A DNA stretch of 63,532 bases, counting the filler, from Basidiobolus ranarum (taxonomy: Eukaryota): the NCBI GenBank assembly GCA_040143965.1. It is 26 parts of 26 records of this genome, joined end to end, with 100 filler letters (N's around TTAATTAATTAA, not from the genome) between each part and the next. Parts side by side here need not be neighbours in the genome. Positions count along the whole stretch, not along the records: positions 48,995 to 51,335 come from JASJQH010010327.1; positions 51,436 to 53,776 come from JASJQH010010328.1; positions 53,877 to 56,216 come from JASJQH010010329.1; positions 56,317 to 58,656 come from JASJQH010010330.1; positions 58,757 to 61,094 come from JASJQH010010331.1; positions 61,195 to 63,532 come from JASJQH010010332.1; 20 more parts are not named here. One strand, 5' to 3'. This document shows, piece after piece, positions 49,835 through 63,299 of the stretch; positions within the stretch are counted from its first letter, which is position 1; each line of letters begins with the position of its first letter. The notes below the pieces were generated by a model. It had not been told where the DNA came from. It was given only the letters and a program-made list of their open reading frames with translations, and made no database searches. The position numbers and the translations under genes were made by a program.

Positions 49835-51335
49835 TTGTATAGATGTGGCATAAGTTTAAACAGCTTTGTATATTGGTGCACAACACCAGCACCCACAAAT
49901 GGCTGTTTGTGTTGCCAACCATATAGGCAACCTTCACATAGGTCCAGATCTGGCGGAGTTACAAAGTTTAGTCCAAAAAATCTTGTTTTTGAATAAATTC
50001 CTCATTTATTGAGTTCCTAGATGACCCAATCTCCTATGCCAGATTTTCCAATCTATCTCTCCAGATGTGGCACTAGTGACTTGTTCATACATTGGCATAA
50101 TATCATGAAGCTTATACAAGTTATTTTACTTAACTCCAGAAGCTATGTAATTCTCTTTTTGAACCCTGCTTGTACAACCATTTGGATCAAAATTGAAGCT
50201 GTATCCCTCAGATGTAGCTTTAGACAGTAATAACAGCTTTTTTGCTATCCTAAGCACATATAGCACATTTTCAGTATCAAATACATGTCCCCAGAGATGC
50301 CCCCAAGATCCACTTAAACTTCTCCTACTCACAGAGCTTCTAGTGGCTGGTCATCTCCCTTATAAACCTTCTTATTTATGTTGGTTTTGAGGATCTTGAA
50401 CCTGTTTTTCTGATTAGATAAATGTTGAGAGGCTTCAGAATCAATATATCACAGCCTGCATTCTGGTTCAGAGGTCACTGATAGGGCAGAGATGAATAAA
50501 ACTTCCTCTTTGGTTATAACCTGATGTGCTTGTTCTGACTTCTCATTTTTGTTGTAATTTCTTGATTTGCAATCTTTCAACTGGGGTCCTGGTTTGTTAC
50601 AAACATGGCATAAACCTGGTTTCCTTCTTCTGTGACCTTTGTATCTGCAAAAGCTCCACATCCTCAGATTCTTTTTCCAAATTCTTACTTTTGAGGTGTT
50701 GGTCCATTAGTCTTCCCACCACAAACTCCAAAGATAACTTGTCACATCTTGCTTCCAATGCTGTGACCAAGTTTGAATACTGTTCTGGTAGACTACTTAG
50801 AAGAGTCATAATGACATCTTCTTACCATAAAGTTGCATCAATATTTTCCAGTTGTTTTGCCAAAGATTTCAAACTTGCAATATCAGTAACCATTCTTTCA
50901 GACTATTCTATCTTTGTATTGATGAACTTTTGTCTGAGAGAGAGTCTATAAGCAAGACTCTCTGCTTCATAACACTCTTGCAATATAGTCCAAGCTTGAT
51001 GGGAAGTCTTGGCATATAGAATATTCACAAGTTGTGAATCCTTCAAACTTTGACAAATGATATTAAAGGCCCTCTGGTCTCTTTTCTTATAAGCTTCCAA
51101 TAAAGAAGGGTCAGAAGGTTCCTTCACATCTCCAAAGTCTACATTCCAAAGTTCCCTGTCTTCCAGCATGATTTGCATTGTAAACTTCCCGCAATTGTAA
51201 TTTTCTCCATCAAGCTTTTCAACACTTGAGTTACCAAAAGTGGTTGTAGTGGTTTCTGTCATGATGTAAAGGTTAGAACACAGGGCTCATAACCTATTGG
51301 GAAAATATGGGCTGTTTGGAGGAACTATAGAAAAG
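49835..51335 (-). mobile_element. Copia family B: LTR end, PBS (51283-51294), gag-protease pseudogene
   Basis: EKLDGENY..MLEDRELW, LLSSLPEQYSNLVTALE, CHVCNKPGPQLKDC, YIDSEASQH. Confidence 0.9.
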
Positions 51336-51435
51336 NNNNNNNNNNNNNNNNNNNNNNNNNNNNNNNNNNNNNNNNNNNNTTAATTAATTAANNNNNNNNN
51401 NNNNNNNNNNNNNNNNNNNNNNNNNNNNNNNNNNN

Positions 51436-51571
51436 TGGTGGTCGTTTCGGTCGTAAGGGTGTTGCTATCAACTTCGTCACCAACGATGATGTTGTTATGC
51501 TTCGTGATATCGAGAAGTTCTACAATACTCAAATCGATGAGATGCCAATGAACGTTGCCGATTTGATCTAA
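51436..51571 (+). CDS. TIF1: Translation initiation factor eIF4A, C-terminal end
   Basis: [44 protein letters not shown]; strongly biased codons. Confidence 0.93.
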
Positions 51572-51960
51572 GTAGACTTTAATTGTAGGCTGTGTGTTTA
51601 CACAACCATCTAGAACTCTCAACACTATTTAGATCTCATCGTAAAAGCTGGTTTCATGATATTTAATGCTACAAACATTTACAATAAAAAGATTTTTCAA
51701 GCATAAAATGGCTGAGTTAAATGATCTCCAGCGTGTTTAAGTTAAGATAATCGTGGTGATGAGTTAGAGACATGCGATATGTATGTCAAAAGGTACGGTA
51801 TAGTATATTTTATTATATTGATTTGTATAATATGATAGGAAGAGTATGGTATAGAGTCACTTGTATATTATATACTGTATATATTATTGAGGTTGTAAAG
51901 CGTAAAGCCCGCAAAGAGTAGTCTAATTTATGGTTTTCTAATGTTACTTAATGAAAATTA

Positions 51961-53776
51961 CTAAAATAAATCGGAAGGTTTGATGGGAATGAGGGAGTGT
52001 GCACAGAGGGGACCAACAATAATGATTACAAAGAGGATGAAAATACAGAAAAGGAGGATGCCGTAAAGAATGGAACGAATCTTGCGTTGCTTCAATTCCT
52101 TGGGACTATAAATTGGTGGACGAATGTGGTCATGATTACGATACCAGAATAGCATAGTGGAGTGAATCTTATCAGAGTATGGGACCAGACAGAAGATTGC
52201 CAAGACGAATAGAATGCAATGACAGATAATGAAATCCGTTGCAAATAGTGACATCTCGGTGATTTTACAGAAGAATTCTCGCATTGGTTGTGTGAATGCC
52301 ATATAGCCAAGTCCTGCACTATACCACTTTCCAGTCCACCATGCGATGTTAGCTTCATCTTGTCCATATTCACGACTGCATGCTAGCAGAATTATGGAGA
52401 ATATGGCACGTTGAATGTAACTAGCGGCAATCATAGCCAAAGTAGCATTGGCCAGATTCCAATCTTCAATGAACCAAGCCACAATAAAGAAGATGATCAA
52501 ATTAATCACAGCCCAGCCATGTGCAATACCCGCAATGACGGTACCAAATCCTTTGCAGCATGCACCAAACATTGGACCCAAGAACAACGATACGAAGAAG
52601 AAGGCCATCAAGAAACCAGCATTTAAAGCTATGGGCCCACAGGCAATGATCGCGATATGAATGGCGTTATCAACCAGTCCTTTCGTGTGTATACTGTTGA
52701 AGGCAAAGATGCATATCATAACGGCTGCCATGATAACGGGTATTACCACTTCAGAGATCAAGAGACCGATGGTAGACGCACGAGGAACATAGCTGGATAG
52801 CTTGCTTTTAGACTCTTCAAGTCCCTTACGTTTAGAACCAGTGATCTTCACACGAGTAATACGGCGGAAATTGATCCATGACTTCTCCTCTGAGGTGGTG
52901 TTACCAATAGAGAGCCAACGAAGAAATTCCCGATAATCCAGAAGAAAGTCACGAAGTTTAAACTGATGTGGATTAAACAAGAATGGTGATATAGTTAGAG
53001 CCAGAGCCGTGAAGTAGAAGTAGATATAATCTGAGAGATATGCATTAATGCAAACGTAAATAAGCATAAGGAGAATACGACTTCCAAGATAAATGCTGGA
53101 GCTGGCAAAACGCGAATAAAGTTCAGGGAATGAAACTCGGTTGATAGCGAAACCACGACCTGTAGCAATATAACGAGCGCCACCAAAACTCATATTCTGA
53201 ATTAGACTGTTGGCATAGATCTGAGTGAGAAACACTTCGAACAACGGAGACATTGAAAGAAGCTGCTTTGCAAGACGTGTGAAACTGCGGCTAATTCCCT
53301 GTTCCGTCAGTATCTGAAGGAATAGGGGTATGAACGCAATACCAAACACAATCAGAATAGAGAGAACGGTACGGTGGATCCAAGAATTAACGGGCCAAAC
53401 GTCGTAGCATCCTTCGGGGAGAAGAGGTGCATTCGGAGCTGGATGTGCAACATAATGACACACAGTTAGGACTTTTGTAAGAGAAGCCACACAGATGGCA
53501 GTAATCATGAATAACTGAACAGAAAGCATAATCATAATGTTGTTAATGTGAAAGCCGGGGTGAGCATAGAAGAAGGTAAGGACGCGATCCAAAGGAAGCT
53601 GGGTTCCAATGTAGTATTGTTCTCTTGACAGCATCTGTTCACCCATACCAGTACCAATTTTGGTAACAAAGTTGAGAACACTACAGAAACCAAGATCACG
53701 ACCCTTGCCACATTGGAAATATTCGGTATGCTTAATACGACCACCACGCTCGAATGCATTCATACCAGCGTAAATA
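51961..53776 (-). CDS. FKS1: 1,3-beta-glucan synthase catalytic subunit (GT48), C-terminal ~600 aa
   Basis: IYAGMNA..RGGRIKHTEYFQCGKGRDLGF..KIGTGMGEQMLSREQY, FFYAHPGFHINN, GGARYIATGRGF, PFLFNPHQF, many TM helices. Confidence 0.97.
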
Positions 53777-53876
53777 NNNNNNNNNNNNNNNNNNNNNNNN
53801 NNNNNNNNNNNNNNNNNNNNTTAATTAATTAANNNNNNNNNNNNNNNNNNNNNNNNNNNNNNNNNNNNNNNNNNNN

Positions 53877-54895
53877 GTTGTTTCATGTATACAATGGTTG
53901 GAACACATCTGGACATTGCTGTGGCAGTGGGTACTGTCAGCCAATATCTCAAAAATCCTGGATCTGAGCACAAAACTGCAGTAAAACAAATATTCAGGTA
54001 TCTGAGAGGAACTGTAGATCTAGTTCTGGAATACTCTGCCACTCATCATGCACAAAATATTTAAGGCTACAGTGATGCAGACTGGGGAAGAAACCTTGAT
54101 GATAGAAGATCAACAACTGGATACACTTTTCTCTATGGTAATGGAGCCATAACTTGGAATAGTATGAAGCAACCAACCATGGAACTTTCCACTACAGAAG
54201 CAGAGTATATGGCTGCCTCTGCTACAACACAAGAAGCTATGTGGTTAAGGAAGTTATTTAAATACTGAGGATACATGTAAAAACGTGCTATTATATATTT
54301 GAAGGTAATCCAAGTTGTATTTCATTAGCTAAAAACCCTACATTTCATGCTAGAACAAAACATATAGATATTAGGCATCATTTTGTTAGAGAAGCAATAG
54401 AGAATGATATAATTGAAGTTGTCTATTGCCCTACTGAAGAAGTGATAGCTGATATCTTAACCAAACCTTTAGCTTAAGCACAATTTGAATTATTAAGATA
54501 TAAGTTAGGTTTAAGAGAGATACAAAATAATCAGTTGAGTGGGAATGTTGAAATGGGGTAAATAGCAACTCATTATTTGGTAGTTAGTTTATTCATATTC
54601 TGATTATTTAGTACTCAATTCTGTCATTCAAAAACGTGTGTTTATTGCTCTAATTGATAGAAATATCAATTAGATCACTTTCACCAATTTTCACTATTTT
54701 CTCAAAATTTCTCCAAATCGCCTCAAATTTTCACCCATGCCTAACAGGCATGTTTGTTATGATCTAAGCAGGTCTAATAGTCCTATTTTGTAGCAAACTA
54801 TAAATAGGACATATTCAATTCAATAAAACTTAAGTGTCTAACTCACAAATCCAAATCTTGTCCAAAATACTTCCAAATCCCTTAAACACTTTTAT
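53877..54895 (+). mobile_element. Copia family C: RT end, RNase H, PPT and 3' LTR (~54547-54895)
   Basis: GYSDADW, STTEAEY, FHARTKHIDIRHHFVRE, ADILTKPL; PPT GTTGAGTGGGAA followed by TGTTGAAAT. Confidence 0.92.
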
Positions 54896-55139
54896 TAGTT
54901 CCCCTCTCTCAATAGTGTACAGTCATAATACTTTGATACTGTCCAACATATCTAGACCTAACTCATCTATGCTTGGACATAGCTCTCTGGCACCATTAGT
55001 TGATGTGGAGGTTTTTGCAGGCACAATGTTCTATCTTGCTTTAAATTCTGTGAGATCAATGCTGTTTACTCTCCCAAGCATATGCATTACAACTATACAA
55101 ATCCAACACTGAACTACATGATTTTATCATCAATAGCCT

Positions 55140-55800
55140 GGTTAGATTTCAACTTGCTCATCAAAATCAATTGACCAAATAGTCAGTCTAACATCAAATT
55201 TGGGATTAGCTATAAGCCTAAGATTATATTGATACAAGGGATTGGCTGGAGCCAGAACTTCCCATTAGGCACTATGTATTTACTACTCAACAACATACCA
55301 ATACTACCTAGCTAGTTGTATAGTGGAAAATTCACTTTGAATGACCCATAGGTTTGATTCATTTAGGAACATGTTTGAAAATGACTAGAAACCATGATGC
55401 TGTACCAAGACTCCCATCAAGAGACTGGACCTATACCAGTTTTCAATGAATTCCCTGCTGTATCTGTCTTAATAATTTGAGATCATAGGCCCTTACTATA
55501 TATTCTGTGAGTTCCCCAATGGAGCATGCTAATAGTGAAATGATGTTCTGTGTGAAATCATTGGTTTTACCATGAGTAATACAAGTAACAATGTTTCAGC
55601 TAAATTAATGATGGGTTGAGGAGATTCCAGACTGTACTAACCATCCAACACTGGGCCCACTTCAATGTGCTCATGGGTATTTATATTGCTTGAGTATAAT
55701 AGCAGCAACAAAACCCAATCAATGAGTACAGAGAAAGTACCTCTATAATTTGGACTTTTTTAATGGGATAATCAGTGTGGGCAATGACATTTCTGCTTAT
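55140..55800 (+). mobile_element. Highly diverged CACTA-like transposase remnant
   Basis: Patchy similarity to 2660-3620 with deletions. Confidence 0.6.
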
Positions 55801-56114
55801 TGCATGATAGTAAGAGTGGAATGTTAACATTTGTAGTTTTATCAAGATGTGAACAACCTAACATGAAGAATATGCTAAAAAAGGTCCTTGGAACATATAT
55901 GCAAAGTTTGAGGCTTCTTGTCATAATTCCAATCTTGGCATACTCATCCACTGCAAATAGAACTCTTCTATTATTAGATTATGACATCAATTCTGCTCTG
56001 CCATCCCTTCTTGGCAATCTTGTATGAGTTCATCCAGGTAACCTTATATGGAAGTCAAGTTCTTTGGCACATTCCATGAAACCTAACCAATTATGTCATC
56101 CCATACACTAACCG

Positions 56115-56216
56115 GGGCTCATAACCTGTTGAAATTATTTAGGGAGAAATATTGGTCTGGCCAGGATTTGAACCTGGGGCCTCCTTCACTCTAGCAAGGT
56201 GCTCTAACCACTGAGC
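56115..56216 (-). mobile_element. Second tRNA-bearing LTR (3' end) followed by a half-tRNA-iMet PBS
   Basis: Near-identical to 826-914; LTR end TTTCAACA at 56127, PBS GGTTATGAGCCC at 56115-56126, tRNA-like part 56153-56216 cut by the contig edge. Confidence 0.88.
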
Positions 56217-56316
56217 NNNNNNNNNNNNNNNNNNNNNNNNNNNNNNNNNNNNNNNNNNNNTTAATTAATTAANNNNNNNNNNNNNNNNNNNNNNNNNNNN
56301 NNNNNNNNNNNNNNNN

Positions 56317-58415
56317 ACTATTGGTTGTGCTTAGATCATAACAAACATGCTTGTCAAGCATGGGTGAAGATTTGAGGTGATTTGGAGAAGTTTTGAGAAA
56401 ATAGTGAAAAGTGGTAAAAGTGATCTAATTGATATTTCTATCAATCAGAGCATTAAACACACATTTTTTAATGACAGAATTGAGTGCTAAATAATCAGAA
56501 TGTGAATAAGCCAAATACTAAATAATGAGTTGCTATTTATCAAATTTCAACAGTTTTGTGCTCAGATCCTGGGTTTTTGAGAGACAGGCTTACAGTTCCC
56601 ACTGCCACAGCAAAGTCGGGACTTGTTTCAACCATTGTTTACATTAAACTACCCACCATGGATTGATCAGGGAACTCCTGTCTTTGATTTCAGTCATTTT
56701 GAGTCAAATTGGATGGAATTTTGTTTAATTTCACATTGGGAACCATCAGCTTTGATACAGGCTTGCTATTCTTCATATTGAAGTATTTTAGGATGTCTAG
56801 GATGTATCTAGAATGAACCAGCATAATTTTCTATTTGGGTTTATCTCTCTGGATTAGGATTCCAAGATAACCCATACCAGTCATCTGAAACTTGTTTGAT
56901 AAGCTACTTTTTTCTCATTAAGTGCTTCTAGGTCATTTGTGGCTATAATCAAGTCATCCACATTTAGTGCCAAGATAAAGATTGTATTACTGGTTGTTTT
57001 GACATAAATACTGTGATCTGCTATGCACTTTTAGAATACTACTAATTCCAAATGGGAATCTATCTTGTTGTTTCATGCCCTGTGTGATTGCTTGAGTTCA
57101 TATAGCATTTTTTGCAGTTCACAGACCTTATTAGGTTGTTTTGGGTCAACAAATCCATCTGGTTGTTCCATATAGATCTCTTCTTCTAGATTTCCAGGAA
57201 GAAAGGCTGTTTTTACATCCATTTGATGTAAATCCAGGTTATGGGTGACTGAGAGTGCCAGGATTGACCTAATGGAGCTAAGTGTAGATACTGCAGTAAA
57301 AGCTTCATTATAATCAACTCCTGGTGTCTGGAAATAACCTTTTATAACTAAACTTGCTTTGTACCTTTCTGTGGTTCCATCAGCTTGGCTCTTGACTTTG
57401 TAGACCCATGTGCAACCTACTGGCTTTCTCCCTGATGGTAGTGGACTTAAAATCTATGTTTTATGTTCCTGGAGTGAAGAAAACTCCTCAGACATTGATT
57501 TTCCTGTAATTTTGATTTTGGACATTTTAGAGCTTGATCTAGAGTGTGTGGCCTGTAATGGAATGCTGCATAAGCATATATATCTTCATTGGCAGTGTTC
57601 CACCAGTTTCCTGGCTTATTTCTCCTTCTGGATGATCTTTAGTCCTGAATCAGCCTCTGATTTAGTTCACATGGGCCCACATAGATCAGAATAAATCAAA
57701 ATTTGGAGTGGCTCTAATCTCTCCGAAGTTTAAGAACAGCTGTCTGTGATGATGTCCATACGCAACCTTCATACAGATCCAATTTGGTGATATTTGCAAT
57801 TTCTAAGCCTGAAACCTGCTGATTTTGGATCATTTGGGTTATTTTTTGCTCCCCATTGTAGCCTAATCTTCTATGCCACTTTGGACAGCTTATTTCACTG
57901 GCTTTGGCCAAGTGTGCATGCTCAGAATGCAATTTGCTAATTTCCAGCTTGTTTAAATTTTCAGTCTTGATCCAAGTAGTTAATTTGGTATTTTTCTGAT
58001 CTGTGATAGTGCATCCAGCCTTGCTGAACATTAAATTTAGGCCTCAAGTTATTGATTTGCTAACTGAGAGTAGATTTATGGCTATATTTGGTACAAAGAG
58101 TACATCATCCACTTTTGCAGATGGTGGAGCTAAATTTTGGCCTAAATTAAGCACAACTGTGCCCTTACAAACTGCATCTAGTGCATAGTCATCACCTGAG
58201 TAAACTTTCCTTGTTTGGATTGGTTTTAAGCTGGAAAACCAACCTTTCTTGCTTGACATCTGTTAGGATGCTCCTGGATCAATTTACCATGTTTGTGAGT
58301 CTTCTATAGTAGTTACTGATGGGGCAGACACAAATAGAGGATCCCTATCAGTGCTATTTTGATTTTCTTGTTACAATTTTTGCTTTGGGGCAAAAATCCT
58401 TTTTCTATAATCATT
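56317..58415 (-). mobile_element. Copia family C LTR fragment (56317-56551) plus protease/pre-integrase/RT pseudogene with internal deletion
   Basis: KWHRRLGY, YSDLCGPM, WVYKVK..YKASLV, LHQMDVKTAFL, ALNVDDL. Confidence 0.88.
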
Positions 58416-58419
58416 GATT

Positions 58420-58656
58420 AGACTTGTTCCATTTTATTGAGCCAGATCAGGCCAGCTAAAAAGTTTGCCAGCACAAATTGGCATGATAGGGCACTATCCG
58501 GCACAATGTTATTTACCATTTTTGAAACAGTTTATTTTACTTATTTGGTATGTTTAAGAAAAGTACTTTTAGACATTATTGCACATTCAAAAGATAATGA
58601 AAGCTTTATTCATAGTGTCTTAAGTCTAGAGCTCTCAATGGATATCTTGGAGTATG
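58420..58656 (-). mobile_element. PIF/Harbinger-group right terminus
   Basis: ATT|AGACTTGTTCCATT..., the reverse complement of 7480-7716. Confidence 0.75.
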
Positions 58657-58756
58657 NNNNNNNNNNNNNNNNNNNNNNNNNNNNNNNNNNNNNNNNNNNN
58701 TTAATTAATTAANNNNNNNNNNNNNNNNNNNNNNNNNNNNNNNNNNNNNNNNNNNN

Positions 58757-61094
58757 TTTCAGAAGAGGGAAAAGTTTCATAAATATGAGAAGTAGACATT
58801 ACAGACAGTGCAAGCTCAGGGCTCATAACCTGTTAGAGTATTTGGGAGCTTGTTGGAAGTGGTTTGGAGAATTAGAGGAATTGGTGGTTTTCACTTATTG
58901 ATTTATTGAGTATTCAGTTGACATATGTACTTTTGTCAAGATGTAAACAAACAAACATGTAAATTGTGTCAAGGAAGGTCCTAGGAGCATATGTGCAAAG
59001 TTTGGGGCTTCTAGCACAAGCTTGAAAATTTTATATATCTGAGAACTTTGAAGTTGGTAAAAATATTCTAAGTAAATTCCAATTAAGAATAATAGATAAT
59101 ATCTTAGTGAGATATAAGATAACTAAGTACTAAGCTATATATGACTACATAGGTGTTTAGGCAAAGCTAATTTCTACAAAAAAGTGAATGGGAGAAGTAA
59201 TGCTTCTGTAAATTAAGATACTGCCAAGGAATATCAATGAAATATTTTGTATTCCAAGAAATAGCTCAATTGCACCAAAGAAATAAGTATCCTGTTGTAG
59301 ATCTCCTGTCTTCAATACCTCTTCCCAAATTGGAATCTGAATATTCCTTCAGATCAAAATTTGGTCCTAAATATGTGTATTTAAAGCACAGATGCATAAT
59401 ACCTTTCAAAGATCTGAAAATCTGCTTAACTGCTATGCTTTGAGCAGATCCTTAATTTTGAAGATATTGGCACAGAACTTCCACAGAATATAAAATATCT
59501 GGCAATTTTCCAGCCATGATATTTGTCAAACTACCTGCTAAAGTATCTGTGAGCCTGTTGGAAGTGGTTTGGAGAATCAGAGGAATTGGTAGTTTTCACC
59601 TATTGATATATTGAGTAGAAAGTTGATGTTTATAGTTTTGTCAGGATGTAAGCAAACTAATATGTAGAATATGTTAAGAAAGGTCCCAGGAATATTTTTG
59701 CACAGTTTAGGGCTTCTAGCACATGTTTGAAAATTCTATATATCTGAGAACTTCTAAGTTGATAAAAATACTCCAAGTAAATTTCGATGGAGAATAATAG
59801 ATATTATCTCAGTGAGATATAAGATAAATAAGTACTAAGCTATATAAGACTATATAGGTGCTTAAGCATTCCTAGTTCCAACACTCTCCCTCAACCAAAT
59901 AGTGATATAAACTGATCCTAATAAAGGTCTAAATTTCTCAAATATCTGTCTAGCTAATGGTTTGGTTTATAAATCAGCAATCATGTCTACTGTAGAACAA
60001 TAAGTGAAGTCAATAAATGTATTCTCTGTAGTCTTTCCAACAAAGTTATGCATAATATCTATATGTTTGCTTCTATTATGAGATGTGGGATTTTAGCTAA
60101 TTTTATACAACTTTGATTATCTTGAAATACTGTAGTTGGTGAATTTTGAAAATAACCTAAATCTGTTGAGAGTTTTCTTCACCATACTGCTTCTATTGTT
60201 GTTTCATAGGCAGCCATGTGTCCAGCTTCTGTTGTTGAAAGATCAATAATGGGTTGTTTCTTTAAATTTCAAGAAATAGCTCCATTGCAGCAAAGAAATA
60301 AGTATCCTGTTGTAGGTCTCCTGTCTTCAATATCACTTCCCCAATTTGCATTGGAATATCCCATCAGATCACAGCTTGATCCAGAATATGTTTATTTTAA
60401 GCACAGATCCACAGAACCATTCAAATATCTGAAAATCCACTTACTGCTATGATTTTATCAGATCCATAAGTTTGAAGATATTGGCACATAACTCCCACAG
60501 AATATGCAATATCTGGCCATGTTCCATCCTTGATACTCATCAAACTACCAACCATATATTGATAAGGAAATCAGTGGCTTTCATATGAATCCAAAAATGT
60601 CTGATTTGAGCTATTTTTGGTCAAGTTAAGATTTGTCTCCATTGGGGTATATACTGGATTACATTCTTCCATTTTAAACTTCTTTAGTATATTTAGGATA
60701 TACTTAGACCGGTTTAAAGTTGTTGTCTTGGTAGTTCAGTCTATATTAATTTGGATTCCAGGATAGTATGTCAGTTCACCAAGATCAGTCATTTTGAATT
60801 TGGCAGACAAGCTGGATTTGGTTTTCTCCAAAGTCTTCATGTCATTGGTTACTACAATAAGGTCATATAGATATAAGGCTGATAGAACTAGGTTTGTCTT
60901 ATCTGGCCTGAAGTAGATACTATAGTCAGCAATACTCTTTTGGAATTTGAGTGTTTCCAAAAAAGCATCTATCTTGCTATTTCAAGCTCTCCAGGATTGT
61001 TTTAAGTCATAGAGTGTTTTCTGGAGTCTGCAAGCTTTTTTAGGGTTTTCTGGTATTGGGAAAATATGGGCTGTTTGGAGGAACTTTAGAAAAG
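58757..61094 (-). mobile_element. Nested Copia family A pieces: PBS plus LTR (58819-59178), RT/RNase H fragments, 3' LTR (~59530-59883)
   Basis: LTR identity to other family A copies; LYLYDL..KFKMTDLGEL; GYSNANW; ADL.TKPL. Confidence 0.88.
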
Positions 61095-61194
61095 NNNNNN
61101 NNNNNNNNNNNNNNNNNNNNNNNNNNNNNNNNNNNNNNTTAATTAATTAANNNNNNNNNNNNNNNNNNNNNNNNNNNNNNNNNNNNNNNNNNNN

Positions 61195-62923
61195 TTTTGC
61201 TCAGATCCTGAAGCTATATAATTCCCTCTATAATCCATGATTGTACAGACATTTTGATCAAAATTAAAGCTATATCCCACAGATGTTGCTTTACTCACTG
61301 ATAACAAATATTTTGCTATCCCATGCACAAATAGCACATTTTTTAGTGTCAAATACATGTCCCCAAAGATGCCCCCAAGATGCACTTCAACTTCTCCCCC
61401 TCCTAGAGCTTCTAGTGACTGGCCTCTTCCATATAAACCTTCTTGTTTATGTCAGTTTTGAGTATCTTAAACCAGTTGTTTGATTAGAGAAGTGTTGAGA
61501 GGCTCCAGAATCAATATACCACATCCTACAGTCTTGTTCAGAGGTCACTGATAGAGCAGAAATGAAAAAAACTTTCTCTTTGGCTGAAACCTGATTTGCT
61601 TGTTCTGACTTCTCATTTCTGTTGTAATATCTTGATTTGCAATCTTTTAACTGGTGTCCTGGTTTCCTTCTTCTGTAACCTTTGTACTTGCCAAAGCTAC
61701 ATTTTCCAGCTCCTAAAAGAGCCACTTCCTCAGATTCTTTTTCCAAATTCTTACTTCTGAGGAGCTAATCCATTAGCCTTGCCACCTCAAACTCCATAGA
61801 CAAATTGTCAGATCTTGCTTCCAAAGCTGTGACTAAGTTTGAACACTCTTCTGGTAGACTGCTTAGAACAGTCATAATGACTTCTTTTTACTGTAAAGTT
61901 GCACCAATATTTTCCAGTTGTTTTGCCAAAGATCTCACATTTACAATATGAGTAGCCATGCTTTCGGACTTTTCCATCTTTATATTGAAGAATTCTTGTC
62001 AGAGAAAGAGTCTATTACCAAGACTCTTTGCTTCATAATACTCTTCCCATATAGTCCAAGCTTGATGGGAAGTCTTTACATATTGAGTATTCACAAGTTG
62101 TGAATCCTTTAAACTTTGACAAATGACATCAAAGGCCTTCTTGTCTCTTTTCTTATAAGTTTCCAACAAAGATGCCTCAGAAGGTTCCTTTTCATCTCCA
62201 GAGACTACACCCAAAAGCTCCTTGTCTTCCTGCATGATCTTCACATTGAACCTCCACAAATTGTAATTTTCTCCATTGAGCTTTTTGACACTTGAGTTAA
62301 TCAAAGTGGTAGTAGTGGTTTCTGTCATGCTGTAAAGGTTAGAACATGGGGCTCATAAGCTATTGGCAAAATATGGGCTGTTTGGAAGAACTTTAGAAAA
62401 GTGGAGTTGTGAATAGCTTTGTGAGATAATTATTTATTTTCCAGAAATAAAGCATTTATACATTTTGGTGGAAATACAGAATACTAATGCTGGGGTTGTG
62501 TTCAGAACATCTGCAGGAGTAAAATGGGCTATTTTTGGGGCAAATTGGAAGAGTTTGAAATTTCCAATATGGAATTGCTAATTCTCACATCATTCGTATA
62601 TATATATAATTTATGTTTGAATTTGCAGTTAAGTGATATTTGACTAAGTATTGGACTTGTTCACTGTGATAGTGCTGGATTTTGCTAAATATATCATATT
62701 GGATAAAGTATTCTAAAATTCATGCAGCACAATTTGGCACTATTGAGCACCTTCTGGCATGATCAATTTCAATCACACTTACTTTAATATATTGATCCAA
62801 GGTCCAATAAATCCTGGCACAATGGTACATGTCCAACATTAACTAACCTATACGTGATATATCAAATAGTTAGGTGTATAAAGATGGAGATGACAAATAG
62901 GATAAATCCAATAAACTTTAACA
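61195..62923 (-). mobile_element. Copia family B: 5' LTR (with MITE 62653-62834), PBS, gag-protease pseudogene
   Basis: KLNGENYNLWRFNVKIMQEDKEL, KPGHQLKDC, MWYIDSGASQHF; PBS GCTTATGAGCCC. Confidence 0.9.
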
Positions 62924-63299
62924 CATTGTTAGAGAAAATCATTTGTTTTCATCAAACAAACCATCCCTAGACTACATTAACTTTGAAATTTTAGTATCCA
63001 TTGGTCTGTGGGCCATTGTAATGTTGCATTTTATGCAAACACTTTATTGCAAAATTTATCCATAAATCAGCCTTTATTAGCTAAAGAAGGAAACTTGCAG
63101 AAAAAGAGCAAAGCAGAAGAAACCAAAATTTCAATCATCAACAGCAGTGTTGATACTATCCAAACATGCACAAAACCACAAGATTCAAGCTCAGCTAAGC
63201 CACAGCTTTCCAATGAATCAAGAATCACTCTGATTGGACCATTATTGGGCAAGTTAGAGTCAAGTCTAGAACAAGCAATATCTCTGACCTAAGCATGAA

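Noticed and set aside
44110-53776. Apparent gene cluster (aminotransferase, thioredoxin, Fanzor, eIF4A, FKS1)
   Set aside because: Spread over separate length-sorted contigs; only coiled-coil gene/thioredoxin/Fanzor and eIF4A/FKS1 are physically linked
51961-53776. Intronless 1.8-kb FKS segment as a retrocopy or horizontal transfer
   Set aside because: Fungal FKS genes commonly have very long exons, and it lies next to a normal eIF4A gene
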